Positions 44,097-53,971 of a DNA stretch of 64,000 nucleotides are shown here, in pieces. The notes below the pieces were generated by a model that worked only from the letters and a program-made list of their open reading frames with translations, had not been told where the DNA came from and searched no databases. The stretch lies in NCBI GenBank assembly GCA_046725585.1, contig JBKOYV010000160.1:2742-66741 (forward strand), in the 5' to 3' direction. Numbering within the stretch: position 1 is the stretch's first letter; each line of letters starts with the position of its first letter. Origin of the DNA: Gemmatimonadota bacterium. GTDB taxonomy: Bacteria; Gemmatimonadota; Gemmatimonadetes; Gemmatimonadales; Gemmatimonadaceae. A program made the position numbers and the translations under genes.

Positions 44097-44247
44097 GAGA
44101 CGGCAGACGGAAGCGCACTGAAGCCGGCGGTGGGCGGTGGGCAGTAGGCAGAAGGCAGAGGAGAAACCGCGATGCCTGGCGCTCTCTCTGCCGTCTGCTA
44201 TCTGCCGTCTGCCGTCTGCCCGCTTCAGTTCGCTGCCGTCTGCCCTC
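44097..44247. repeat. about 150-bp imperfect hairpin built from GGCAGAC-type heptads
   Basis: The left arm GAGACGGCAGACGGAAGCGCACTGAAGC..GGCAGTAGGCAGAAGGCAGAGGAG is approximately the reverse complement of the right arm CTCTCTCTGCCGTCTGCTATCTGCCGTCTGCCGTCTGCCCGCTTCAGTTCGCTGCCGTCTGCCCTC. Confidence 0.8.
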
Positions 44248-44306
44248 TCATTCGGTTCGTTGCGATAGAAGCCGATCAATGCTGCCGGTCGTGAAACGAA
44301 CCTCGG

Positions 44307-44786
44307 TTACGATATCGGCGCATTGCCTAACAAGCGCAGGAACGCCTCGAGTACCAGCACGACAGGGGGAATGACGGCCAGCCCGCCGGCGACCACGCGG
44401 ACCACGCGCACCCACCGCGCCCGCGACGGGTTGTCCGATGCCGACTCTGCCAGCCAATGATCCGCCAACCCCCACGCGCCGAACGACGCGATCGCCAGCG
44501 ACCAGCCGGCGCCGCGCCACCAGCCACGCATCGCGAAATCGATCGCCACCGGCAACGCGAGATGAAGGACCTGATACAACCGCCGCGGCACCGTCGTGCG
44601 GACGAAACGCGTCGCCAGCGCGGCGAGCGTTGGTTCGGGCGCAGCACGTTCGTATTCGATCTCGTACTTCTCCGACACCGTGGCCATGTGCCCTCGCGTG
44701 ACGCTCCCCGTCGGTACGGTACGACGCGTGAATGCACTCGTCCAGCGCACCAGGGCGCGTCTCGCCCCGTCGAGCAGCGTGCTCAT
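44307..44786 (-). CDS. hypothetical membrane protein
   Basis: 159 aa with three or four hydrophobic segments. The ATG overlaps the upstream stop (ATGA). Confidence 0.55.
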   Translation of the reverse strand: MSTLLDGARRALVRWTSAFTRRTVPTGSVTRGHMATVSEKYEIEYERAAPEPTLAALATRFVRTTVPRRLYQVLHLALPVAIDFAMRGWWRGAGWSLAIASFGAWGLADHWLAESASDNPSRARWVRVVRVVAGGLAVIPPVVLVLEAFLRLLGNAPIS

Positions 44787-46030
44787 CGAGCGGCCGATCG
44801 CACGACCGCAGCGAGCTCGCGCGCCAGCGTACCGCGTCGCGCCACCGACACCGCATCGAGCTCGAGCCAGCGCGCCATCGTCGCGAGCTCGCGCGCGAGC
44901 GCTGGCGCCACCTCGTCGGCTCGTGCGTGCGGCTCGATGTAGGCGCCGAGCACGCGCAGGTCCCCCCCGGCACGATCGGCCTTGAGGTCCACCCGACCCA
45001 CCAGCCGATCGCCGAGCAGGAATGGCAGCACGTAGTAGCCGTATTTGCGCTTCTCGCGCGGGACGTAGATCTCGATGCGATAGTCGAACTCGAAGAGTCG
45101 CTCCGCCCGCGGACGATACCAGATCACCGGGTCGAACGGCGACAGGAGTGCCGCCGCCTCGATCCGCCGTGGTACGCGCGCGTCACGATGCACGTACGCC
45201 TTGTCTCGCCAGCCCTCGACCTGCACCTCCAGCAGCTCGCCGGCGCTCGTCAGCTCCGCCACTCGCTGCCGAGCCTCGCGAGGCGCCATCCGGTAGTAGT
45301 CGGCGAGATCGCTCGCGGTAGCGACGCCGTTCGCACGCGCTGCGAGACGCACGAGCTCTCGCTGCGCCTCCTCGCGCGACAGCGTCCGCGTCTGGTGGTC
45401 GTTAGGTACGATACGCTCGGCGAGATCGTAGGCGCGCGCGAACCCGGCGGATCGCCGCTCCGCGATGGCGATGTTGCCGCGAGCGAAGTGCCCCTCGAGC
45501 GCGATCTTGGCTTGCGTCCATCCCCACCACCCTCCGCCCTTGCCGCGCGTCCCGTCAGGTTCGTGAACCTCGCCGGCCAGGACCGGCCCGCGCGCACGCA
45601 CCTCCTCGAGCACGCGCGCGGCGTAGTCCGCGTTCGCCTCCATCCACTTCGAAAGCGCTCCCCAGCGGCGTTCGTGCGGGCTCAAGTGATGCCGGATGAG
45701 CGGCCAGTGTTCGACGGGCAGGATGGACGCTTCGTGCGCCCACTGCTCCGCGAACTCGCGGTCGCGATAGATGAGCGCGTCCAGCCGCGAGCGATCGTAC
45801 GGCCCGAGCCGCGAGAACGGCACTTGGTAGTGCGCGGGCAGCAACACGTTCACCGAGTCGATCTGCAGCAGCCCGACCTGGCGAATGATGCGGCGCAGAT
45901 GTCCGGCGTTGACGCTGCCAGGTCGGGGCCGGTCGAACCCCTGTGCCGCAAGCGCGATGCGACGCGCCTCGCCTAACGACAAGGGGTCACGCCGCGCGCG
46001 CGTCCGCCCCGCAGGTGCCGAAGCCGTCAC
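44783..46030 (-). CDS. YcaQ/AlkZ-family winged-helix DNA glycosylase-like protein (DUF1006)
   Basis: ..LSLGEARRIALAAQGFDRPRP..HLRRIIRQVGLLQIDSVNVL..HYQVPFSRLGPY..EQWAHEASILP... ORF 44783..46240 trimmed to GTG 46030, just after the upstream stop. Confidence 0.7.
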   Translation of the reverse strand: MTASAPAGRTRARRDPLSLGEARRIALAAQGFDRPRPGSVNAGHLRRIIRQVGLLQIDSVNVLLPAHYQVPFSRLGPYDRSRLDALIYRDREFAEQWAHEASILPVEHWPLIRHHLSPHERRWGALSKWMEANADYAARVLEEVRARGPVLAGEVHEPDGTRGKGGGWWGWTQAKIALEGHFARGNIAIAERRSAGFARAYDLAERIVPNDHQTRTLSREEAQRELVRLAARANGVATASDLADYYRMAPREARQRVAELTSAGELLEVQVEGWRDKAYVHRDARVPRRIEAAALLSPFDPVIWYRPRAERLFEFDYRIEIYVPREKRKYGYYVLPFLLGDRLVGRVDLKADRAGGDLRVLGAYIEPHARADEVAPALARELATMARWLELDAVSVARRGTLARELAAVVRSAAR

Positions 46031-46031
46031 G

Positions 46032-46679
46032 TCACACTGCCGCGCGATGCCGGTCGACCCACCAGCCGAAGAGCGGTATGAGCCACCCGGCGAGCGCTGC
46101 CCACGCGAGCCCCGAGACGCTCGCCGGCGGTGGTGTGTAGACGCTCGCGACATAGAGCACCGCGAGCAGCGCCACGAATCCCCACAATGCCCAGCGGCCG
46201 GTTCGGTCGGTCGCCCGCGTAACCCGCGTATAGACGGCAACGCCGACCACGAACATCACGGCCTCCACGACCATCGTTCCGTACATCGATCGCCAAAGTC
46301 CCAGGCCAACGCGTGGGCCACCCGGATAGAGTGGCAGGTCGGGCAAATGCACGATCCAGTCGAGCACCCAGTGGCTCACGACCAGCAGCCCGACGACCAC
46401 GCCACCCCGGCGATCACCGCGAATGGCGGCGTATCCGCCACCGGCGAGCACCCCCCACACGATTGCCATGAGGAGGCTGTGCGTCCACGGATACGAGTCG
46501 AACGAGAGTCTGAGAAGCGGATTCGCGTTCGGCACGATGCTCACGTGCTCCACCCCGACGAGCAGCAGCACTGGCCAGATGAGGTCCGCTAACTGCGCCG
46601 CGCCGGTCAGCGTGCCGAGCGACACCCGTGGTGCCGCACGCTTCATGACGAGCGCGAGTCCGTAATGTCCTAGGACCAT
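46032..46679 (-). CDS. membrane-bound metal-dependent hydrolase, YdjM/DUF457-like
   Basis: Trimmed to MVLGHYGLALVMK... Multiple TM helices and conserved His/Asp (..SYPWTHSLL.., ..VVSHWVLDWIVH..). Confidence 0.6.
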   Translation of the reverse strand: MVLGHYGLALVMKRAAPRVSLGTLTGAAQLADLIWPVLLLVGVEHVSIVPNANPLLRLSFDSYPWTHSLLMAIVWGVLAGGGYAAIRGDRRGGVVVGLLVVSHWVLDWIVHLPDLPLYPGGPRVGLGLWRSMYGTMVVEAVMFVVGVAVYTRVTRATDRTGRWALWGFVALLAVLYVASVYTPPPASVSGLAWAALAGWLIPLFGWWVDRHRAAV

Positions 46680-46835
46680 GTGGGGTTCCGTGACGGACGC
46701 CGGAGCGAGAACATACGATCGAACGAGTGCTCGAATAGATGCCGTGCTCGGGCACATCAGGGTAGAGACGGATCAAAGGGTTCCTGAACGGGTAGCACTG
46801 AGGCTTTCTTCGCGCCCAACCGCCGCATCCGACGC

Positions 46836-49226
46836 ATGCGTCTCACTCCGGCCGCGCTCGTCACAGCAATCACTCTCGTTGCGGGCGCGCCGACGGTCCG
46901 GTTGGCAGCGCAGCAACCGCCAACGCGGCCGGTCACCCAGGCGGTGGGCTCGCTCACCGGCGCCGTCACCAACGTCGCGACCGGCGACGCGGTTCGCGCC
47001 GAGATCAGCATCGATCGGCCCCGACGCAGCGTCCGTGCGGATTCGGCGGGTCGTTTCGCGTTCCGTGACATTCCAGCGGGACGCGTTCGGTTGCGCGCCA
47101 TCTCGTTCGGCTACGAGCCCGCCGATACGATGGTCGTGGTTCGCGGTGGGGAGGTCGTCACCGTCTCCCTGCGGCTTCGCATGGTGCCGCAATCACTCGC
47201 CGCCGTGCGCACCGTCGCCAAGTCGCCGGAGCGCACGCGCTTCGACGAACAGGCGACACCCAGCGTCGTGAGCATCTCGGGCGCCGAGGTTCGTCACCTG
47301 CCCGCCCTCGGCGAGAGCGATGTGCTGCGATCGGTTGCCCTCCTGCCGGGCGTCATCGCGCGCAACGACTTCTCCGCCGGCTTCAACGTGCGCGGCGGCG
47401 AGGCCGATCAGAACCTCGTGCTGCTCGACGGCATCCCGATCTACAATCCCTTCCACCTCGGCGGTCTATTCGGGACGTTCATCGACAAGGCCGTGAGTGG
47501 CGTGGACGTCATCACGGGCGCCTTCCCGTCTCGCTACGGCGGCCGCCTGTCGAGCGTGCTCGATGTGAAGAGTCTCGAGGAGACGCGACGCGGCATGCAC
47601 GGGACGGCGGAGATCTCGCTGCTGTCGTCGTCGCTGTTTCTGGGTGGCGCGTTGAGCCAGAACAAGCTCTCGTGGAACTTCGCCGCGCGCCGCACCTACG
47701 CCGACAAGGTCGTGGAGTGGATCCGCGGGAACAATGACTTCCCCTACCACTTCCAGGACGCGCAGTTCCGGTCGCGCCTCGCCCTGCCGAAAGGCGGCTC
47801 GCTCGGCCTAACGATGTACATGGGGAAGGATCTGCTCTATCACCAGGATGAGAGCGTGCGGCTCGGCAGCGATCCCGGCGGCCCCATCGACATCACCGAC
47901 GATGATGACGAAACGATCACGTTCGACTGGGGGAACCGCGTCGTCGGCCTCACGCTGGACCAGCCGCTCGGCGCGCGGACGATACTGTCGCAGCGCCTCG
48001 CGTACACACGGTTCGGGACGCACTTCGATCTGCCCAGCGAGTCGGTGTTCCTCGCCCAGAGCGTGACGGAACTGCAGCTCGCTGGCACGATCACGCATGC
48101 CCGCGGCGGACAGACGCTGTCGGCTGGATACGAGGCGTCGAGCTACCGGACGTCCTACCGCGAGCGGATCGCGATCGCGACGGAGGACGACAACGGAGAC
48201 GTCGGGTTCCCCGACCCGCTCGCGACGGACGGCGACACCACGATGCGGCAGGCTCCGGGAATGGGCGCCCTGTTCGCGGAAGACCTGTGGAAGCCTAACG
48301 ACCGATGGTTGGTGCGCGCGGGGCTCCGCGGCGAGTTCGTTTCCGGCGCGAGCTGGTTCGGCCTCTCACCGCGGGTGTCGGCCAAGTACTTCGTCACGCC
48401 GCGGCTCGCGATCACGGCGGCTGGCGGCCGGTACTCGCAGTGGATGCGCGCAATGCGCAACGAGGACCTGCCGCTGCGCGTGTTCGACCTCTGGATGGCC
48501 AGCGACCGGACGATCCCGGTCTCGACATCGACGCAATTCGGCCTGGGTGCCGAGCGCTGGCTGTCGAACGACCGGTTTCTTCGAGTGGAGGGGTATACCA
48601 AGACGTACGACCGGCTGGCGGAGCCCGCGAGCACGGTGGACCCCCGCATCCGACCGACGCTGCTGCGCTACTACGATGGGCGGTCGTACGGGGCGGACTT
48701 CTACCTGCGACAGCTCGCCCACAACGGCTTCAGCGGCTGGATCGCGTACAGCTACGGCGTCACGACGCGCGAGCGGAACGGTGTCTCGTACTGGCCGGCA
48801 CACGACCGGCGCCACAACGCGAACATCGTGGCGACGTACGCACCTGACGGGAGTCGCTGGGCGTTAGGCAGCCATCTGGGGCTCGCGACCGGAACGCCCT
48901 ATACCGGCTGGGCAGGGCTGATGAACCGCTACCGGTACGACCCCATCCGCAACGTGTGGGGTGGACCCGGAAGCGATGGCGAGGAGGACGTGCGCGGGCC
49001 GCGCAACGGAGAGCGCTTCCCCTTCTACTGGAGGATGGACCTGAGCGCAGAGCGACGGTTCGACATCGGGGCGATGACGGTCAAGCCCTACCTCAACCTC
49101 GTGAACGTCTTCAACAGAAAGAACGTGTTCCTGTACACGATCGAGACGAACACCGACCCGCCACTCGTGCAGGGTGCGTCGCAGCTGCCGTTCCTGCCGT
49201 CGTTCGGGTTGAGGATCGAATGGTGA
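46836..49226 (+). CDS. TonB-dependent receptor with CarboxypepD_reg-like N-terminal domain
   Basis: Signal peptide. ..GSLTGAVTNVATGDAV..FRDIPAGRVRLRAISFGYEP... Plug (..DVLRSVALLPGV..NVRGG..LLDGIPIYNPFHLGG..). The beta-barrel ends ..FGLRIEW. Confidence 0.85.
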   Translation: MRLTPAALVTAITLVAGAPTVRLAAQQPPTRPVTQAVGSLTGAVTNVATGDAVRAEISIDRPRRSVRADSAGRFAFRDIPAGRVRLRAISFGYEPADTMVVVRGGEVVTVSLRLRMVPQSLAAVRTVAKSPERTRFDEQATPSVVSISGAEVRHLPALGESDVLRSVALLPGVIARNDFSAGFNVRGGEADQNLVLLDGIPIYNPFHLGGLFGTFIDKAVSGVDVITGAFPSRYGGRLSSVLDVKSLEETRRGMHGTAEISLLSSSLFLGGALSQNKLSWNFAARRTYADKVVEWIRGNNDFPYHFQDAQFRSRLALPKGGSLGLTMYMGKDLLYHQDESVRLGSDPGGPIDITDDDDETITFDWGNRVVGLTLDQPLGARTILSQRLAYTRFGTHFDLPSESVFLAQSVTELQLAGTITHARGGQTLSAGYEASSYRTSYRERIAIATEDDNGDVGFPDPLATDGDTTMRQAPGMGALFAEDLWKPNDRWLVRAGLRGEFVSGASWFGLSPRVSAKYFVTPRLAITAAGGRYSQWMRAMRNEDLPLRVFDLWMASDRTIPVSTSTQFGLGAERWLSNDRFLRVEGYTKTYDRLAEPASTVDPRIRPTLLRYYDGRSYGADFYLRQLAHNGFSGWIAYSYGVTTRERNGVSYWPAHDRRHNANIVATYAPDGSRWALGSHLGLATGTPYTGWAGLMNRYRYDPIRNVWGGPGSDGEEDVRGPRNGERFPFYWRMDLSAERRFDIGAMTVKPYLNLVNVFNRKNVFLYTIETNTDPPLVQGASQLPFLPSFGLRIEW

Positions 49227-50404
49227 GGCGTACTCGTCGCCCGCTCGGCGCCCGCATCACGGCCCTCTTCGCCGCGTTGACGACATCGGTCGCCGCCGGC
49301 TGCGAGATCAAAGGCACCGCGGCCCCCGAGATCGAGTCGCGTGTCGTGGTGCACGCGGTGCTCAACCCAACGAGCGGTGTGCAGACCGTCATCGTCGAGC
49401 GCTCGCTGCGGTCGATCGTTCGGACTGCCCGCGAGACGCCGCAATACGAGGAGATCGGCAATGCGCGTGTCGTCTTCTACGGTCCGCGCGGGGACTCCGC
49501 CGTTGCCGGCAAAGCAACCGGCACCGGCGTGAGTGACGGCGTGTATCGCGTGTCGAGCATCACGATCACCGATGGCTCCACGGGCAACGTACAGCCTAAC
49601 GTCCTGCGCCTCCGTCCCGGCGAGCGCTATCGGCTGCGCGTCGAGACGGCGATCGGCGTCGCGGTCGGGGAGACGACCATTCCGGTCAGCGAGCCGGTGG
49701 ACGGAGCGCGGCGCACGTTCAATCTCGACCGCGACACGCTGCGGGCGAAGACCGCGAACGTGCGACAGGCCGCCGGCTACTATCTGCGCCACGAAACGAC
49801 CCGCGCCGCGCACGAACGCTACGTGACGACCCTGGACGACGCCCTGATTCGGCCGCTGAGCAGCGCCGACGACACGGACTGGTCGTTCTCGTTCGCGCAG
49901 GAGGCGATCTACCCCGGACTCGCGCAGCGGTTCACGATCGTCGCCGTCGACTCGAACTATTTCCGCTACTACGTGGCCAGCTTCGATCCCTTCGGCGACG
50001 ACACGCGTGGCAACACGTTGACCGGTGGCGTGGGTCTCTTCGGGTCAGTTGCCCCGCTCATGTCGAAGGTCCTCGACCTCACGGCGAACACCGACACGCC
50101 GGTCGAAGGCTCGTGGGCGGCCGACCGCACGTCGTCGACCTTGCCGAGCACGATGGTGCTCTATTCGTCGCCGTACTTTCCGCGTGAGGAATTCGGTCGG
50201 CGCGTTTCGTTGTCGGGCACCGGCCAGATCTCGGGGAAGACAGTCGAAGCCTACGGGACGAACGATGGCACCGGGACAACCCTCCTATTCTTCCCGATCG
50301 ACCAATCGAGTCCCGCGTCCCCGGCCACTGGATCGATGAGCGGGGCAGATCTGGTGTTGACCGACACTCGCACCGGGGAGCGCGTGACGTACCGGAGGCG
50401 GTAG
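49220..50404 (+). CDS. DUF4249-like lipoprotein (usual partner of CarboxypepD_reg TonB receptors)
   Basis: ORF trimmed to MVRRTRRPLGARITALFAALTTSVAAGC (lipobox). The ATG overlaps the receptor stop (ATGGTGA). Confidence 0.55.
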   Translation: MVRRTRRPLGARITALFAALTTSVAAGCEIKGTAAPEIESRVVVHAVLNPTSGVQTVIVERSLRSIVRTARETPQYEEIGNARVVFYGPRGDSAVAGKATGTGVSDGVYRVSSITITDGSTGNVQPNVLRLRPGERYRLRVETAIGVAVGETTIPVSEPVDGARRTFNLDRDTLRAKTANVRQAAGYYLRHETTRAAHERYVTTLDDALIRPLSSADDTDWSFSFAQEAIYPGLAQRFTIVAVDSNYFRYYVASFDPFGDDTRGNTLTGGVGLFGSVAPLMSKVLDLTANTDTPVEGSWAADRTSSTLPSTMVLYSSPYFPREEFGRRVSLSGTGQISGKTVEAYGTNDGTGTTLLFFPIDQSSPASPATGSMSGADLVLTDTRTGERVTYRRR

Positions 50405-50470
50405 ATTGGCGGTATCCCCGGCCCGATGGTGTGCTGCACACCGTCCGGGTCGGCATCTACTCAGTCCTTC

Positions 50471-52561
50471 ATGACAAGACGAAAGCGGGTGAGCCAGCGC
50501 ATTGCCCGGGACGGCCGTGTGTCGTGCGTCGCGATAACCGCGGTCGTGTCCGCTACGATCCTCGCGTGCTCGTCAGGCACACGGCCGGCGACAAGCGCGC
50601 CGGCCGCCGCTCCCTCGGTGCAGCCCGTCGGAGCGCGTCCGGTTCCGTACCCGATCTTCGAGACGCCGGCGTTCAAGCGAGCGATCGATCGCGGTACGCG
50701 GTCCCGCACCGGGGACCCGGGGCCGAGGTACTGGACGCAGTACGTGCGGTATGCGCTGAGGGCCGAGCTCGATCCGAAGGACAAGCGCCTAACGGGTAAC
50801 GCGCGCGCGCGGTACCAGAACCGGTCGCCCGACACGCTCCGCCTCGTCGCCGTCCATCTCTACCAGAACCTCTTCGCACCCCGTGCGGCGCGTAACGTCG
50901 AGGTGCCGCCCACGGAAGGCATGAAGCTGTCGCGTGTGATGGCGCAGGGCCGAGCGCTGCCGCAGCTTCGCGATGTCGATGCCAGCGTTCAGGCCGGATT
51001 CCAGATCGACGGGACAGTCGCCTGGATCCGCCTGCCGACACCACTCGCGCCGGGCAGCGCCGCCGATTTCGAGTTTTCCTGGGAGTACACCGTTCCGACG
51101 GATGGTGCTCCCCGCTCCGGAACCGACGGTGAAGTGTTCATGATCGCGTACTGGTACCCACAGTTCGCCGTGTACGACGACATGACCGGGTGGCAGACCG
51201 ACCACTACATGGGGAACGCCGAGTTCTACATGGGCTACGCGGACTATGACGTGGCACTCACGGTACCGGCTGGATGGCTCATTGGCGCGACGGGAGAGCT
51301 CAAGAACGCGTCGGAGGTGTTGACACCGGAAACGCGCCAGCGACTCGCCGAAGCGCGGCGAACGCCGGAGGTCGTGCACGTGGTGACGGAGGACGACCGC
51401 GCGCCGGGACGCTCGACGACGACGGGAACCGGCGGCAAGGTGACCTGGCTGTTCGAGGCGCGAAACGTCCGCGACTTCGCCTGGGGAACGTCCGACCAAT
51501 ACCTGTGGGACGCGACGCGTGCGGCGGTCGGTACGGTTGGGTGCCTCCCGACCGCCTCGTCAGGCGCTGCGGCGTCCGCACAGCCACCGGCCTGCGGTCA
51601 GGGTACCGACAGCGCGACGATCAACTCGTTCTATCGCCCGTCGCGAATCCCGTGGGCGTGGGATCAGTCGGCGCGTTATGCACGCCACTCGATCGAGTTC
51701 CTGTCCGGTTTCCTCTGGCCGTACCCGTACCCGCAGATGACGGCGCTCGACGGCGTCGTGTCGTGCAGCGGGATGGAGTACCCGATGATCACCTGCATCG
51801 GTGGCCAGCGCGACACGTTAGGCCTGTACTCGGTGACCGTGCACGAGTTCGGTCACATGTGGTTCCCCATGCAGGTGGGGTCCGACGAGAAGCGGCACGC
51901 GTGGCAGGACGAGGGGCTCACGCGGTTCAACCAGGCGCAGGCCATGCGGTCGTTCTTCGGCGGGTACGACCTCGAGCGCGTCGTGCGCGAGGCGTACCTC
52001 GGCTTCGCTCGCACTGGCGATGAGGTAGAGCTCATGCGGCACGGCGACCTCTATCCCGTGGGGACGCCGGCCTATGCCGTGGCGAGCTATCAGAAGATGG
52101 CGACGAACCTCGTGGCGCTGCGCGCCGTGCTCGGTGACGACGTATTCATGCGCGCGTACCGCGAGTATGGTCGGCGATGGATCAACAAGCACCCGACGGA
52201 GTACGATTTCTTCAACACGTTCAACGACGTGAGCGAGCGGGACCTCTCGTGGTTCTGGCGCACGTGGTTCTACGAGACGTGGACGCTGGATCAGGCGATC
52301 GCGGGCGTGCAGGTGAGTGGAGACAGCGCGACGGTCACGATCGAGGATCGCGGCCTCGCGCCAATGCCTGTCAGGCTCGCCATCACCCGGCAGGGCGTGT
52401 CGGCGGTCGAGCGGCGGGAGATTCCGGTGGACGTCTGGCTCCGCGGCGAGCGCCGCGCGACGCTTCGCGTGGCGGCGTCGCCGAAGATCGTGAAGGTCGA
52501 GATCGATCCGGAGAACGCGTTCCCGGACATCGATAGAACGAACAACCGATGGGGACGTTAG
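50471..52561 (+). CDS. M1-family (gluzincin) metallopeptidase, lipoprotein
   Basis: HEFGH-x18-E (HEFGHMWFPMQVGSDEKRHAWQDEGLTRF). N-terminal ..ILACSSG lipobox. The stop TAG lies inside a CGTTAGGC copy. Confidence 0.85.
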   Translation: MTRRKRVSQRIARDGRVSCVAITAVVSATILACSSGTRPATSAPAAAPSVQPVGARPVPYPIFETPAFKRAIDRGTRSRTGDPGPRYWTQYVRYALRAELDPKDKRLTGNARARYQNRSPDTLRLVAVHLYQNLFAPRAARNVEVPPTEGMKLSRVMAQGRALPQLRDVDASVQAGFQIDGTVAWIRLPTPLAPGSAADFEFSWEYTVPTDGAPRSGTDGEVFMIAYWYPQFAVYDDMTGWQTDHYMGNAEFYMGYADYDVALTVPAGWLIGATGELKNASEVLTPETRQRLAEARRTPEVVHVVTEDDRAPGRSTTTGTGGKVTWLFEARNVRDFAWGTSDQYLWDATRAAVGTVGCLPTASSGAAASAQPPACGQGTDSATINSFYRPSRIPWAWDQSARYARHSIEFLSGFLWPYPYPQMTALDGVVSCSGMEYPMITCIGGQRDTLGLYSVTVHEFGHMWFPMQVGSDEKRHAWQDEGLTRFNQAQAMRSFFGGYDLERVVREAYLGFARTGDEVELMRHGDLYPVGTPAYAVASYQKMATNLVALRAVLGDDVFMRAYREYGRRWINKHPTEYDFFNTFNDVSERDLSWFWRTWFYETWTLDQAIAGVQVSGDSATVTIEDRGLAPMPVRLAITRQGVSAVERREIPVDVWLRGERRATLRVAASPKIVKVEIDPENAFPDIDRTNNRWGR

Positions 52562-52644
52562 GCGTGCCACTGCCCACTGCACACCGCCCGCTGCGTGTCC
52601 AAGGTCGACCGATCACTCGCCACTCCTACCCTGGTCGTCGTCTG

Positions 52645-53136
52645 ATGCGAATGGATCGAGTGTTGATCGCTACGGTCGCTGTGGGATTGATCGCCGTCTC
52701 GGCGTGCAGCCGCATAGCCGAGCGGGCCTACGCCCGCCCGACGATCGCGGTCCGGAGCGTGAAGCTGAAGAGTGTCGGCCTCACCGGCGGCTCTATCGAG
52801 ATCGCGCTCGCCATCGCGAACCCAAACCCCTATCCACTCCCGGTGCACCACGCCGTCTACAGCTTCGCCCTCGCGGACTCGACGGAAGTGGGCCGAGGCG
52901 AATCGGCTGCCGCGTTCACGCTGCCCGCGCACGACTCGGCCGTCGTCAATCTTCCGGTCGACGTCTCGTGGCCGGGACTTCGCGCCGCCGCGCGCGATGC
53001 GGCCCGCGACGGCACCGTCGACTACATCCTGAAGGGTTCCGTCACGCTGGACACGCCGCTCGGGAACCCGAACGTGCCGTTCCAGCTTGCCGGGCGTTTC
53101 ACGCCACCGCCGTCGCTCGTGCGATCACTCAACTAA
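52645..53136 (+). CDS. LEA type-2 (NDR1/HIN1-like) family lipoprotein
   Basis: MRMDRVLIATVAVGLIAVSAC... ..VRSVKLKSVGLTGGSIEIALAIANPNPYPLPV..Y.F... Confidence 0.65.
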   Translation: MRMDRVLIATVAVGLIAVSACSRIAERAYARPTIAVRSVKLKSVGLTGGSIEIALAIANPNPYPLPVHHAVYSFALADSTEVGRGESAAAFTLPAHDSAVVNLPVDVSWPGLRAAARDAARDGTVDYILKGSVTLDTPLGNPNVPFQLAGRFTPPPSLVRSLN

Positions 53137-53970
53137 CCGCGGCCGCGTCATGAAGCCGACGACCGGCGCCCAGTACTCGTCGGTCGGCCGCTGATGGCCG
53201 TCTTCATGCCGATAGCCGTGGAGCACGACCATCTGCTTCGGTACCGTCGCCGCGTCGTACACAGCCTTCGCCATGCTCACGGGGAAGAGCTGATCGGCGT
53301 CGCTCTGCATGACGAGCAGTGGCTGACGGAGATTGCGGGTGTCGCGGACGTTGTTCCACAGGTCCGGCAGGAGGACCGTGGCCCACTTCGGGATGAGACC
53401 GAACGCCACGGCACCGTCCCGCGCGGACGAGTACGAGGCCACGAACACGACGCCAGCCGGCGACGGCGTGAAGCGGCGAACGGCGTCGAACACGACGCCC
53501 GTACCTAACGAGTAGCCAAGCACGTAGTGGCGGGCCCGCGGGTCGACGCGCCGCACGAACTCGGCGTAGGCCGAGTCCGCATCCTCCTCCAGATGCGCGG
53601 CCGTCGGGCGGCCGCTGCTCCGGCCGAAGCCCGAGTAATCGAACACCATCGAGGTGATGCCGTGGCGGTAGAGCAACGCCTGCGTGTCCGACCAGTACGA
53701 CACGGCTTCGGCGGTGCCGTGAAAGATCAGCAAAGCAGGGGCGGTGTCGTCCGGGGCGCGCACGAGTGTGGCGTCCAGCGTCCGGTCTCCGCTCGCGAGC
53801 GCGAGCCGCTCGAACGGCGCGCCGAATACCGCCGGCGTCTCTGGCCCGTTGGGCGCGACGATCAGCCCGCTGCGCTCGACGGACATGAACGCAACGCGAC
53901 GAATCCCGAGGAACACCACGGCCAACACGAGCACCAGCGCACAAAGCTGCGCCAACCGTCGCCGTGCCAT
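53125..53970 (-). CDS. alpha/beta hydrolase
   Basis: N-terminal TM, ..LLIFHGTAE.., nucleophile elbow ..GYSLGTG... Confidence 0.8.
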   Translation of the reverse strand: MARRRLAQLCALVLVLAVVFLGIRRVAFMSVERSGLIVAPNGPETPAVFGAPFERLALASGDRTLDATLVRAPDDTAPALLIFHGTAEAVSYWSDTQALLYRHGITSMVFDYSGFGRSSGRPTAAHLEEDADSAYAEFVRRVDPRARHYVLGYSLGTGVVFDAVRRFTPSPAGVVFVASYSSARDGAVAFGLIPKWATVLLPDLWNNVRDTRNLRQPLLVMQSDADQLFPVSMAKAVYDAATVPKQMVVLHGYRHEDGHQRPTDEYWAPVVGFMTRPRLVE

Positions 53971-53971
53971 G

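Noticed and set aside
46680-46835. SOS box or riboswitch in the divergent region between the ydjM-like gene and the TonB receptor gene
   Set aside because: It contains GAAC-N8-GAAC and GTGCTCG direct repeats, but the spacing does not match known LexA boxes (for example GTTC-N7-GTTC). I could not find a B12-box or TPP-like core, so the evidence is insufficient.
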